NCBI GenBank assembly: GCA_964624855.1
Contig: CAZUZW010000001.1
Location: forward strand, 13,675-77,674
Length of the DNA: 64,000 nucleotides
Direction: 5' to 3'
DNA from: an uncultured Vicinamibacteraceae bacterium
GTDB lineage: Bacteria > Acidobacteriota > Vicinamibacteria > Vicinamibacterales > UBA8438
Both the position numbers and the translations under genes were made by a program. Under the pieces are notes generated by a model. The model did no database searches. It was given only the letters and a program-made list of their open reading frames with translations, and was not told where the DNA came from. Below are positions 19,911 through 28,899 of the stretch, piece by piece (the stretch's first letter is position 1; each line of letters starts with the position of its first letter).

Positions 19911-21212
19911 TTACGCAGTCACGATGGTTGCTTCCTTCAAGATGAAGTCGATTGTTTTTTCTCGTCTCAAACCTTCTTTGAGTTTCACTATTCCTCCATC
20001 TTTTTCTAAGAGCGCCCTCGCCGCCGAGAGCGTACGACCGGCTCGTTCAGCCTGGCGTTTTAGCTCCGCTTCAAATTCATCTTCCTTAATGGTTAGTGAC
20101 TCTTTGCGGGCGATCTCGTCAATTACAAGCATGCTCCGAACTGTTGCCGTCGCTGGTTCACGTTGTTCCTTTCTGAATGTATCCCAATCTATATTCGCCT
20201 GCCTAGGGTCAACGCGTTGTGCGATCAGGTGTTCGACAAATCGTTGGACCCGCCTGTCAATTTCCTGATCAATAAGAGCTTCCGGCATCTCTCCCGCGAT
20301 CGAGTTGGCCAATTTTTGTAAAAGTTCACTTCGCACCTGTCCATCAGCATCTAATTCAGCTTGGCTGGCTAAGTCCGTTTTCACTTGAGTGGTCAGAGCC
20401 TCTAGTGAATCGAACTTACCTAGGTCTCGTGCAAAATCATCGTCTAGCTCTGGCAATATCTTCTTTCTGATCAACTTAAGTTTTATTTTATATGCCACTT
20501 CAGTCCCAGCGAGGCCTTTGGATTCATGGTCGTCAGGGTAGTTCAGAACGAAGGTCTTTGTTTCTTCTAAAGACATTCCTATGAGTTCTTCGTCGAAGCC
20601 AGGTGGGTTCGACGAGCCGCCTATCTCGATTTCAATGTCGTTATGTGACTCTGGGGCATTATGTTCTGCCGAGTCTGGTGCCGAGGTTTTAATCACACGG
20701 CGTTCTAGGTCGATTGTGACTGTGTCTCCGTTTTGAACGTCTCTTGCTTCGACTGGTTCGAGGTGTGCGGAATGTTCACGTAAACGCTGAACTGCTTCGG
20801 TAACGGATTCGTCTGTAACCAGAATAGGCGGTCGTCGCAGGGTTAATCCTTTATATTCTCCGGGATCAACTGGTGGCAACACCTCAAAAAGTGCGGTAAA
20901 AGTTAGTGGCTGACCTTCTTCGGTCTTTACGTCTCGGATTGTCGGAGTAGCAATAGGTTGTAAGCCACGGTCGAGAATTGCTTCATCCAGAGCTTTTGGT
21001 ATCAGTGTCTGTGCTACCTCTTGAAGAATCTGATCGTGCATACGTGATCGAACAAGTTTGACCGGTGCTTTTCCCGGTCTAAAGCCAGGAATTTTCAGCT
21101 TGCGTCTGTAGTCTTGTGACAGTCGCTCAATTTCTTGGTCGACTTCCTCAGACGGAACCTCGACCGCGAGGCTCTTACGGGTTTCACTAAGATCTTGCAG
21201 TTCCACTTTCAT
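19911..21212 (-). CDS. tig: Trigger factor
   Basis: Ribosome-binding signature IPGFRPGKAP and a position upstream of clpP-clpX. Confidence 0.9.
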   Translation of the reverse strand: MKVELQDLSETRKSLAVEVPSEEVDQEIERLSQDYRRKLKIPGFRPGKAPVKLVRSRMHDQILQEVAQTLIPKALDEAILDRGLQPIATPTIRDVKTEEGQPLTFTALFEVLPPVDPGEYKGLTLRRPPILVTDESVTEAVQRLREHSAHLEPVEARDVQNGDTVTIDLERRVIKTSAPDSAEHNAPESHNDIEIEIGGSSNPPGFDEELIGMSLEETKTFVLNYPDDHESKGLAGTEVAYKIKLKLIRKKILPELDDDFARDLGKFDSLEALTTQVKTDLASQAELDADGQVRSELLQKLANSIAGEMPEALIDQEIDRRVQRFVEHLIAQRVDPRQANIDWDTFRKEQREPATATVRSMLVIDEIARKESLTIKEDEFEAELKRQAERAGRTLSAARALLEKDGGIVKLKEGLRREKTIDFILKEATIVTA

Positions 21213-21361
21213 GTTGTCGTATCGGTTGCGAACTCAGAAAGCATTCGCTTTAATTACAGCATTTAATGACTGTTCCATTTGGCCTGAATATAGAAGCCGT
21301 CTACATTTGATCACTCTGTCACGAGTATGCGGCGAACCGACTACTGAAACAAGTTATCTAC

Positions 21362-21448
21362 TGGTGCGAAAGGGGGGACTCGAACCCCCATGACCTTTCG
21401 GTCACCGGATCCTAAATCCGGCGCGTCTGCCAATTCCGCCACTTTCGC
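21362..21448 (-). tRNA. tRNA-Leu (anticodon UAG), CCA encoded
   Basis: The reverse complement folds as a class II cloverleaf. It has acceptor GCGAAAG/CTTTCGC, anticodon stem CCGGA/TCCGG with loop TT-TAG-GA, a long variable arm TGACC-GAAA-GGTCA, T arm GGGGG-TTCGAGT-CCCCC and 3' ACCA. Confidence 0.9.
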
Positions 21449-21782
21449 ATTCAAGCTTACGACGCGAGTAGAGACACTAGCATATCCACGCTTTACGGTT
21501 TTAACCTTGGTTCGTCGGTTATATCCACTGGCCAGTTGATAGGTCGTTACTACAGTAGCGTGCGTCTGAAGCTTAACCCCAGTTAGATGTGTATAGTGGC
21601 ATAGTAATTTGGAACGATCACGAAAGGTAAACCTCTGGGAGTGTTGGTGAAGTCATTGCCGTGGAGTTCTACACATTTAGCCCGTAATCGAGGTGACACG
21701 TCGGATCATCTCTTTGTTTCGATCGGAACGAGTTCGATGGTTTTTGGCGTTGTGCTTCCCGAATGCGTTTTTGAGTAAATCA

Positions 21783-22841
21783 ATGAACACGGAAGACCAT
21801 CGGCATTCTGACACGGGTACTAGATTTCTGGTTGGTGCCGCAAGTTTTGTGATCATCGTTGCGGGCCTTCGAGCTGCTCAGCAGTTGGCGGTGCCCTTCC
21901 TGCTAGCTGTATTTCTGGCGGTGGTGAGTGTCCCGTTTATGCGGTGGCTCCAGAGCAAGCATGTTCCGAGATTACTGGCGATGCTTAGCACTGTTCTCGC
22001 GGCGGTTGGGGTGATCGCCTTGCTAGCGCTTGTACTCGGGCGGTCCGTTAACCAGTTTGCGGAAGTGGCACCTCAATATCAGCAACGACTTGAAGTTTTG
22101 ATCGATGCATCGTTTGGTCTTCTTAACGGTTGGGGGATACCGACTGAAGAATGGCAGTCTTTGGACCTGTTACCGATGGGTCTGTTTGACGTTTTGGGTG
22201 GAGCTTTGAGTGCCTTGGCGTCGTTTGCATCCAACACTTTTCTTGTCTTGTTAGCGGTTGTTTTTATTCTCATGGAGGTTGCTGGATTTAATTCGAAGCT
22301 GCGAGTTGTCTTCGGAACTAACACTCAGTTTGGACCACTCGAAAGAATGACTCGCCAGATACAGAATTACCTTGTCATTAAGACGGTAATAAGTGCCGTA
22401 ACAGGTACAGTCGTGGGATGTTGGGTCGCGGCAATGGGATTAGATTTTGCGATCCTGTGGGGATTGGTTGCGTTTCTCCTTAACTTTATTCCGAGCCTTG
22501 GTTCAATTATTGCCGCAGTGCCTGCCGTCTTCTTAGCTTTGATTCAATTGGGTCCTGGGCGAGCAGCTGTTATTGCGGTTGGATATCTTGTCGTTAACAT
22601 CCTGTTGGGAAATTTCATTGAGCCTATGTTGATGGGGCGTCGACTGGGGTTGTCCACTCTGGTGGTCTTTCTGTCAGTCGTTTTCTGGGGATGGGTCTGG
22701 GGGCCGGTTGGTATGCTCCTTTCGGTTCCATTGACAATGGTGTTAAGGATCGCCCTTGAAAACACCGAAGACTTTCGATGGATGGCGTTAATGATGGATG
22801 CTGATCCGTCAGCCAGTGCGCCAACCGTAAAACAGATGTGA
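21783..22841 (+). CDS. AI-2E family transporter (PerM/UPF0118)
   Basis: Polytopic membrane protein with family-typical GNFIEPMLMGRRLGLSTLVVFLSVVFWGWVWGPVGMLLSVPLT. The start is uncertain: ATG at 21783 or GTG at 21693. Confidence 0.75.
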   Translation: MNTEDHRHSDTGTRFLVGAASFVIIVAGLRAAQQLAVPFLLAVFLAVVSVPFMRWLQSKHVPRLLAMLSTVLAAVGVIALLALVLGRSVNQFAEVAPQYQQRLEVLIDASFGLLNGWGIPTEEWQSLDLLPMGLFDVLGGALSALASFASNTFLVLLAVVFILMEVAGFNSKLRVVFGTNTQFGPLERMTRQIQNYLVIKTVISAVTGTVVGCWVAAMGLDFAILWGLVAFLLNFIPSLGSIIAAVPAVFLALIQLGPGRAAVIAVGYLVVNILLGNFIEPMLMGRRLGLSTLVVFLSVVFWGWVWGPVGMLLSVPLTMVLRIALENTEDFRWMALMMDADPSASAPTVKQM

Positions 22842-22858
22842 TCGTGGCGCCGGATAAG

Positions 22859-23404
22859 TTATTTGCGGCTACGAAGTTGTTTCACAGTTTCGAGATGTTC
22901 ACGGTAGGTCAGTCGAGCTTTGACAAAGTCGTCGTGGCTGAGTCCAAGTTCTTTGGCAATTTGTCCTGCCTGACCTTCTTCAAGCACACTAATTGATTCG
23001 TCTGCCGCTGACACGGCAAAGATGCAGTCAAGTAGCTCCGTTCGCTGCTCCTGAGATGTCATATCTTTAAATCGTCTTGTAATCAGGAAGTTTTCGGTTC
23101 CGCCGAACAACTGCACCTGACTTTTTGCTATCTCAACGACTAGCACAGCTTGAGCTTCTGGAAGGTGTCCAAGATCCTGGACAATTTCTTGCATCTTGGA
23201 GGTTTCCGCCTCACTGAATACCGAATCGGCGTGTGCGACCCGCCCGAGGATATAAGCAAAAGCGGCCACGTGATTCGCTTGATTTTCCGGCAACGTATCC
23301 AACTTGGCAGCTATGCGACTCATCGTGTCAGCCTCAGTTGCGGTTGGAGTTTTGGTCGTTTTACTCGTACTTGAATCTAACCCAAGATATCTAAGGATGG
23401 ACAT
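22859..23404 (-). CDS. TerB-family (tellurite-resistance-like) protein
   Basis: Two helical TerB-like repeats (AFAYILGRVAHADSVFSEAETSKM...; LLDCIFAVSAADESISVLEE...). The call rests on pattern recognition only. Confidence 0.55.
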   Translation of the reverse strand: MSILRYLGLDSSTSKTTKTPTATEADTMSRIAAKLDTLPENQANHVAAFAYILGRVAHADSVFSEAETSKMQEIVQDLGHLPEAQAVLVVEIAKSQVQLFGGTENFLITRRFKDMTSQEQRTELLDCIFAVSAADESISVLEEGQAGQIAKELGLSHDDFVKARLTYREHLETVKQLRSRK

Positions 23405-23422
23405 AGCGGCTATAGAACCATG

Positions 23423-25048
23423 TTAGAAGCGAGACGCTTGAAGCCAGATGTCTGAGCGTGCCCAACTGGCTTCGAATTCTTTGTCGACTTCTAGTGATGA
23501 TTTTCCTTGAGCTTCAAGGGCAGCTTTGAGTCCAAATAGCGACCACCCATTGTTCGGATGGTCCGCCAGCTCGTCACGGTAGACCTGTTCGGCTTCTTCG
23601 TATCTTTCAGCTTCAATTAGAAGAGCTCCTAGCCAGTGCCTCGCCGCAAAGGGTAGAGGTTCAGGTTCGTCGTAGACCAACTCATCTTCGAGTGTGACGG
23701 CCTCTTCAAACGAAACTATTGCCGAATCGGTGTCACCTAAATCCCTATGTAGCTCACCTAAAAGAATGGCGCCAACGATACCCAACAAATGTGATGCGGG
23801 GTGCCGTCGCAGTTCATCTTCAGAGGTTTCCGCACCATTCAATACTCGCTGGAGATAGACTTCGGCAAAGTCTCGCTCGCCTGTCCGAAGATACGCGTAA
23901 CCTTGCGCAAAATCCCACAAGCCGGCTGAAACTTCGTTGCGTTCTGAACGTCCATCTGTAAGCTGAAGGATTTCGTCGAATCGTCCGAATCGAAGCAAGG
24001 TGAGCGCATGATAGAGGCCATCACGCGTGACTTTGGTGTAGTCTTTGCCAGCTTGGATCGCAATCGCACCTTGACCGTCCATTGAGGCAGCGAATAAAAG
24101 CATGTGAAGATTATGTGATGGATAGATCGCGAAGCCTTTGCCGATCTCGGCTCTCTGATCGGAGTGCCATGCCATCAAATTAGACCGCACGCCATCCGCC
24201 CACCGTCCAATCTCATTCCACGTGTGCGAAGGCATGTGGTTGATATGACTGGCACCAGGAATCGCAAACCCAAGGTGTTCCGCGCAATCGGCGGCTTTCT
24301 CTGGAGCAGTGGTTGATTCAGTGGCGTGAATGTAGAGGTGGCAGGCGCCGGGGTGCTTGATATCCTTAGCCAACACACTTTCTAGAACGGAGTGAAGTCG
24401 TTGCACTCTTGGATCGTTAAGGTCTCTCGTGCCTCGCCTGGGTTCGAGTAAAAAGAGTGCATCTGCATAGAGGGTGACCGCATCAAGGTCGTCAGGATAA
24501 CGTTCCGCGACCAGTCGCATCGCTTCGGCGTACGCCTCGTCTTGCTCAACTCGTTTGTCCGGTTCGTAGTCCTCTACGTATCGAACTGACATGGCATTGA
24601 TAAAGGCTTGCTCTGCCGGGGTGGCGTGGTCGGATGCTAGCGCCAGAGCTTTTTGAATGGCCGCGTAGGCGTGTGGAGCGTCTTCTTCCCGAATCTGTCC
24701 ATTCAAGTATGAGCCCCATGCCCACGCTTCACCCCAGTAACAGATGGCGCAGTTAGGATCGAGCTTCCATGCTTCTCTAAATGATCTTGCAGCCTCCATC
24801 TTCGCGAAGGCGTACATCATTTGAAAGCCTTGATTGAAATAGTCTTGAGCGTTGGCGTCAGGGGTTGAGATGGCGCGAGTAAATGGTCCCAGAGCTTCGC
24901 TGTAAAGTGGAAATGTAGCGCGAAAGCCCTCCGGCAGGTTGGTGTCGTTTTCTTCTTGTGCTTCGGCATACGACACCGGGACCAGAAGGATAGCGATCAG
25001 TACTGGTATTAGCCATCCGAACGTCGTTCGGTTTGCACCACTCTTCAT
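23423..25048 (-). CDS. Secreted tetratricopeptide-repeat protein, function unknown
   Basis: Signal peptide (LIAILLVPVSYAEAQ), TPR-like helical repeats, and conserved His clusters (CHLYIHATE, INHMPSHTW). Strong SD GGAGGAG at 6-nt spacing. Confidence 0.6.
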   Translation of the reverse strand: MKSGANRTTFGWLIPVLIAILLVPVSYAEAQEENDTNLPEGFRATFPLYSEALGPFTRAISTPDANAQDYFNQGFQMMYAFAKMEAARSFREAWKLDPNCAICYWGEAWAWGSYLNGQIREEDAPHAYAAIQKALALASDHATPAEQAFINAMSVRYVEDYEPDKRVEQDEAYAEAMRLVAERYPDDLDAVTLYADALFLLEPRRGTRDLNDPRVQRLHSVLESVLAKDIKHPGACHLYIHATESTTAPEKAADCAEHLGFAIPGASHINHMPSHTWNEIGRWADGVRSNLMAWHSDQRAEIGKGFAIYPSHNLHMLLFAASMDGQGAIAIQAGKDYTKVTRDGLYHALTLLRFGRFDEILQLTDGRSERNEVSAGLWDFAQGYAYLRTGERDFAEVYLQRVLNGAETSEDELRRHPASHLLGIVGAILLGELHRDLGDTDSAIVSFEEAVTLEDELVYDEPEPLPFAARHWLGALLIEAERYEEAEQVYRDELADHPNNGWSLFGLKAALEAQGKSSLEVDKEFEASWARSDIWLQASRF

Positions 25049-25079
25049 GTTTTACTCCTCCGACAAGGCGGATATGGTC

Positions 25080-26096
25080 TTACGGTTTCATGTGCTTTCG
25101 CAGCATTCTCGGTCCGACCTCAGCACCGTAGACATTACCATCGTGGTCGACAGCAACGCCTTCTGCGGCACTAGTTCCAGAATTGTCTTGGTCAGGTTCG
25201 GGGTCTGGGATAAATGCGAAAATGCGCATGTCGCTAATATGAGCCACGCGAATCCCACGTTTGTACCCTGGATTTCGGCGAAAGTTTGATTCTGAATCGG
25301 CCACGTAAATATTATCGTCACGGTCAATGGTCACGCCGCTAGCGCGTCCAAAATTGTAGAAATCCTTTACGAACGTGCCGTCCTGTTGGAATACCTGAAT
25401 GCGTCGATTGCTGCGGTCTCCCACATAGAGTAGACCCTGCGAGTCCATCGCCAGTGCATGGGGTGTCCTGAATTGGCCGGGTTCGGATCCTGTTCCTCCC
25501 CATGCCATCAGATAGGTGCCGTCACTGGAAAACTTGACGATTCGATTGTTGCCATTAGCTGGATGTCCATCCGCAACAAAGACGTCGCCATTGGGAGCTA
25601 CGAGAACGTCGTTTGGTTGGTCAAAAGTCGTTGACGTTCGGCCAGCGACGCCGGCAGTTCCCAGTTTCATGAGAACCTCACCATCTGAGCTGAACTTTGT
25701 CACCTGGTGTCCTCGGTTGCCTTCACCCCTTGCATCAGCAACCCACACGTTACCGTCGTCATCTACGTCAATCCCGTGCGGCCAGACAAACATACCGGCA
25801 CCGAATTGTTTGAGGATATTTCCGTTGAGATCGAATTGGAAGACGATGTCCAAGTCGTCATGACCGACACAGGTATTTTCGCCACACCGGTCAATGGCCC
25901 AGATTGTTTGACCGTCTGGGGATGTTTCGACCGCACTGGTTGAGCCCCAACTGCGTCCGTCTGGCAGAGCGGCCCACACTCCTTCCACGGTTTGGTAGGG
26001 ATTGGGAGCACTGTTTTGCGCATAAGCAACAGTGGCGGACGCAAGCAGGGCGATGGCAGCTATACACACGAGTAATCGATGTTCACGTTTAAGCAT
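25080..26096 (-). CDS. Secreted NHL-repeat beta-propeller, peptidyl-alpha-hydroxyglycine alpha-amidating lyase (PAL)-like
   Basis: Repeated NHL blades, e.g. FDQPNDVLVAPNGDVFVADGH..NNRIVKFSSDG and FRTPHALAMDSQGLLYVGDRSNRRIQVF. These closely mirror the PAL pattern F.QP.DV...G.VFV.DGY.NSRIV.F / PHSLAL...L.VADRENGRIQ.F. Confidence 0.7.
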   Translation of the reverse strand: MLKREHRLLVCIAAIALLASATVAYAQNSAPNPYQTVEGVWAALPDGRSWGSTSAVETSPDGQTIWAIDRCGENTCVGHDDLDIVFQFDLNGNILKQFGAGMFVWPHGIDVDDDGNVWVADARGEGNRGHQVTKFSSDGEVLMKLGTAGVAGRTSTTFDQPNDVLVAPNGDVFVADGHPANGNNRIVKFSSDGTYLMAWGGTGSEPGQFRTPHALAMDSQGLLYVGDRSNRRIQVFQQDGTFVKDFYNFGRASGVTIDRDDNIYVADSESNFRRNPGYKRGIRVAHISDMRIFAFIPDPEPDQDNSGTSAAEGVAVDHDGNVYGAEVGPRMLRKHMKP

Positions 26097-26382
26097 GTAA
26101 GAGTTCTCCCTTGGAACAGTTACTACTGGAAATCAAGGCTGGAATTGTATCACTCGGAGAAGCCCGTTGTGGTCTGTTGGTGCTGGTGTTTCGACGTTTT
26201 TTGGCGCCACCGAACTTTTGTCACCTAGTGTGGCCTCGCGCAGTCTGGACTTTCGTAAGTCCGTCTTCTTCTTCAGACGTCCTCGGTGGAAGATGTATCC
26301 TAGTGTTTCAATCAACGGACGGTTCAGCCCAGAAGAGCTGACCGACATCGTAACTGTTAAATAGAGCTAAAGGAGCACACTA

Positions 26383-26835
26383 ATGAGCAGGTGGTTGCCA
26401 TTCGTTCTACTCACCGTGTTGAGTTGGGGGACATATATTCCTACTCTGCACAAAGGCCAAGTCGCGCTCAATGGAAGTGGTGTTCACGCGTTCCTGATGG
26501 TGGGTGTAGCTTACGTCTTGGTGGCAATTGCGATCCCAGGCGTCATGATTGCGAGGGCAGGTAGCTGGGACGTTTTCACGACCAGCGGTGTAACTTTTAC
26601 TATCGGGGCTGGAGTGCTTGGTGCGCTAGGGGCGTTAGGAATCGTGTTGGCTTTGGTAAATGGAGGTCGACCTAATGTTGTCCCACCTCTAGTGTTTGCA
26701 GGAGCTCCCGTTGTCAGCGTTTTCGTTGCGGCGCTGTACAATCCACCACAACAGAGTCCGTCACCGATCTTCTATTTAGGGATTCTGATGGCGGCGGTCG
26801 GAGCATGGTTGGTGTTGTCATATCGCCCTGTTTAA
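26383..26835 (+). CDS. Small polytopic membrane protein (4-5 TM), unknown function
   Basis: Hydrophobic segments run throughout. SD AAAGGAG lies 8 nt upstream of the ATG. No family was recognised. Confidence 0.5.
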   Translation: MSRWLPFVLLTVLSWGTYIPTLHKGQVALNGSGVHAFLMVGVAYVLVAIAIPGVMIARAGSWDVFTTSGVTFTIGAGVLGALGALGIVLALVNGGRPNVVPPLVFAGAPVVSVFVAALYNPPQQSPSPIFYLGILMAAVGAWLVLSYRPV

Positions 26836-26877
26836 AGTCCGAGGGCGACCGGGTACTTGTTTCGCCAACTTTGGTCT

Positions 26878-27612
26878 TTACTGACTGCCGGACTCGAACT
26901 GTGCTTCACCCTTCATTAAGGCTACCCTGATTGTAGCGGCCCAGATTTGTGTGCCTTTTTCGTTGAGGTGAAGATTATCGTCGACAAAAATGTCGGTCAT
27001 CACTTCACCGTTGGTATCCAACAGTGGCGTAGCAACATCGATGTAGGTTAGGAGGTCATTATCCGCAACTAATTTCTTGAGAAGTTCGTTGGTTTCTCGT
27101 GCTTTGTCCCAAAACGGCCGGCGTAACACGCTGGGTTTAACTGAGAGAACGTAGATGCGCGTTTCAGGCAGTGCGTTATGAATCTTGTCTACGATTTTGC
27201 TGAATTGGTCCACTATCGTTGAAGGTGGAACTAGATATCGTCCTGTGTCGTTATCACCTTCATAGACAACTACTGCCCGAGGCTTGTGTTTAATAGCTAG
27301 GCGGTCGATAAAGTGCAGCACATCTTTCATGGTGCTTCCGCCGAAGCCACGAGGAATGATGGTGAGGGGGGCGAGGTCTTTTACGATGCTGTTGTGCCAC
27401 CGTCGAATACTTGAACTGCCAGTGATGACAATGGCCCCCTCGGGTGGAGGATTTACGCGATCGTTGGACTCAAAAGCCAAAATAGCTTCTTCATAGCGAA
27501 GCGGGTCAATTGGTGGTGGGACAGTCTGTTGCGTCGATTGCGCTGTAGCGAGTGTTGTTAATCCCAGGACGAGCAATACCGTCATTCGGACTACGAACGG
27601 ACTATTCTGCAT
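26878..27612 (-). CDS. Secreted SGNH/GDSL-type esterase
   Basis: SGNH blocks are present: ITGSSS (block I Ser), GFGGST (block II), YEGDND (block III) and DNLHLN (block V DxxH). ATG at 27612 follows GAGAGGA, and the signal peptide is VRMTVLLVLGLTTLATAQ. The track start at 27651 would overlap the AKR gene. Confidence 0.7.
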   Translation of the reverse strand: MQNSPFVVRMTVLLVLGLTTLATAQSTQQTVPPPIDPLRYEEAILAFESNDRVNPPPEGAIVITGSSSIRRWHNSIVKDLAPLTIIPRGFGGSTMKDVLHFIDRLAIKHKPRAVVVYEGDNDTGRYLVPPSTIVDQFSKIVDKIHNALPETRIYVLSVKPSVLRRPFWDKARETNELLKKLVADNDLLTYIDVATPLLDTNGEVMTDIFVDDNLHLNEKGTQIWAATIRVALMKGEAQFESGSQ

Positions 27613-27631
27613 GTCTATCCTCTCAGGATTT

Positions 27632-28669
27632 CTATTTCTTTGTGAGCGCATCCAGATCTCTCAATTCACCAGGGAATCGATCGTCACCGAGTGAATCCAT
27701 CCAGTCAGGATACTCCACTTTGAGTGCACTGATGTCATCAAGTATCTTCATCTCTTCCCGTGTTAGCGTGACGTGGATCGATGCCAGATTGTCGTCCAGT
27801 TGTGCGATCCGCTTCGCGCCGATGATCACGCTGGTGACTGACGTTTTGTGAAGTAGCCAGGCAAGCGCGATTTGTGCGATGGATACTTCATGCGCTGTAG
27901 CGATGAGTTGCATCGCATCGATGATGTCGAAACCGCGGGTTTCGTCGACCGGCGGGAATTTAAACGTGGCTCGTCTTGAGTCTGGGTCCGAGCTGCCACT
28001 TCGGCTGAACTTGCCCGACAAAAATCCACCAGCCAGAGGACTCCACACAAGCAGTCCTAACCTTTGATTGTCCAGTAACGGGATGGTTTCACGTTCTAAT
28101 TCTCTGCCGACGAGTGAATAGTACGACTGGCTGGCCTTGAACAGTTCCAGGCCTTTTTGCCTTGAAACACCGAGGGCTTGCATTAATTTCCACGCGGGTA
28201 GGTTCGAACAGCCGATGTAACGAACTTTGCCAGAACGGACGAGTTCTGTGAGTGCAGTTAACGTCTCTTCGATATCCGTTTCATGGTCGGGACGATGGAT
28301 TTGGTAGAGGTCAATGTAGTCGGTACCGAGACGCCTGAGACTGGCGTCAACTGATTGGATGATATGCAGTCTCGACAGTCCGACCTCGTTCGGTCCAGGT
28401 CCCATTCGCCCTCGGACCTTGGTGGCGATGACGACATCTTGCCGTTTGTGCGCGAGGGATTTCCCGAGGATTTCTTCGGACTCTCCCAGTGAATATATAT
28501 CCGCTGTGTCAAAGAAATTGATGCCGGCATCCAAAGAACGATGCACTAGCTCGTCAGCGGCGTCTTGTTGTAGCGCCCCGATAGCTTCCCATCGACTGCC
28601 AAACGTCATCGCACCGAGACAGAGCTGTGACACAAACACGCCTGTATTGCCTAACTTTCGATATTTCAT
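27632..28669 (-). CDS. Aldo/keto reductase
   Basis: AKR motifs: LGAMTFG, FDTADIY, ATKV, LGTDYIDLYQIHRPD and IGCSN. Confidence 0.9.
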   Translation of the reverse strand: MKYRKLGNTGVFVSQLCLGAMTFGSRWEAIGALQQDAADELVHRSLDAGINFFDTADIYSLGESEEILGKSLAHKRQDVVIATKVRGRMGPGPNEVGLSRLHIIQSVDASLRRLGTDYIDLYQIHRPDHETDIEETLTALTELVRSGKVRYIGCSNLPAWKLMQALGVSRQKGLELFKASQSYYSLVGRELERETIPLLDNQRLGLLVWSPLAGGFLSGKFSRSGSSDPDSRRATFKFPPVDETRGFDIIDAMQLIATAHEVSIAQIALAWLLHKTSVTSVIIGAKRIAQLDDNLASIHVTLTREEMKILDDISALKVEYPDWMDSLGDDRFPGELRDLDALTKK

Positions 28670-28899
28670 CTATAGGCCTCGTCGTTGTCGCCAAATTTAA
28701 AGTAAGTCAGTGATTATAGGCTGATAAGAGTTTGTCGGTGTGACGTGTGACCATGATGCACAGTGAGTTGTGTTCGGTGTAGTTCACTGGCGCTGTCCTA
28801 AATTTCGATCACCAGTTCGAAAGTGACTAGACTACTCACGTGTCGCGGATACGGATTGTCATACTGAACGTGTGTATTGCTGTATAGCGTGAACCTTCA

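Noticed and set aside
21362-21692. tRNA-Leu as an integration hotspot, or the 244-nt downstream spacer as an island remnant or ncRNA.
   Set aside because: There is no integrase or transposase. I saw no second copy of the tRNA 3' half (ttcgagtcccc) in the window. The flanking genes are conserved housekeeping synteny, and the spacer has no recognisable RNA-family motifs.
26311-26330. ACGGACGG string upstream of the small membrane protein as a possible guanidine-II (mini-ykkC) riboswitch.
   Set aside because: There is no pair of GC-rich hairpins with ACGR tetraloops, and the local pairing is only 3 bp.
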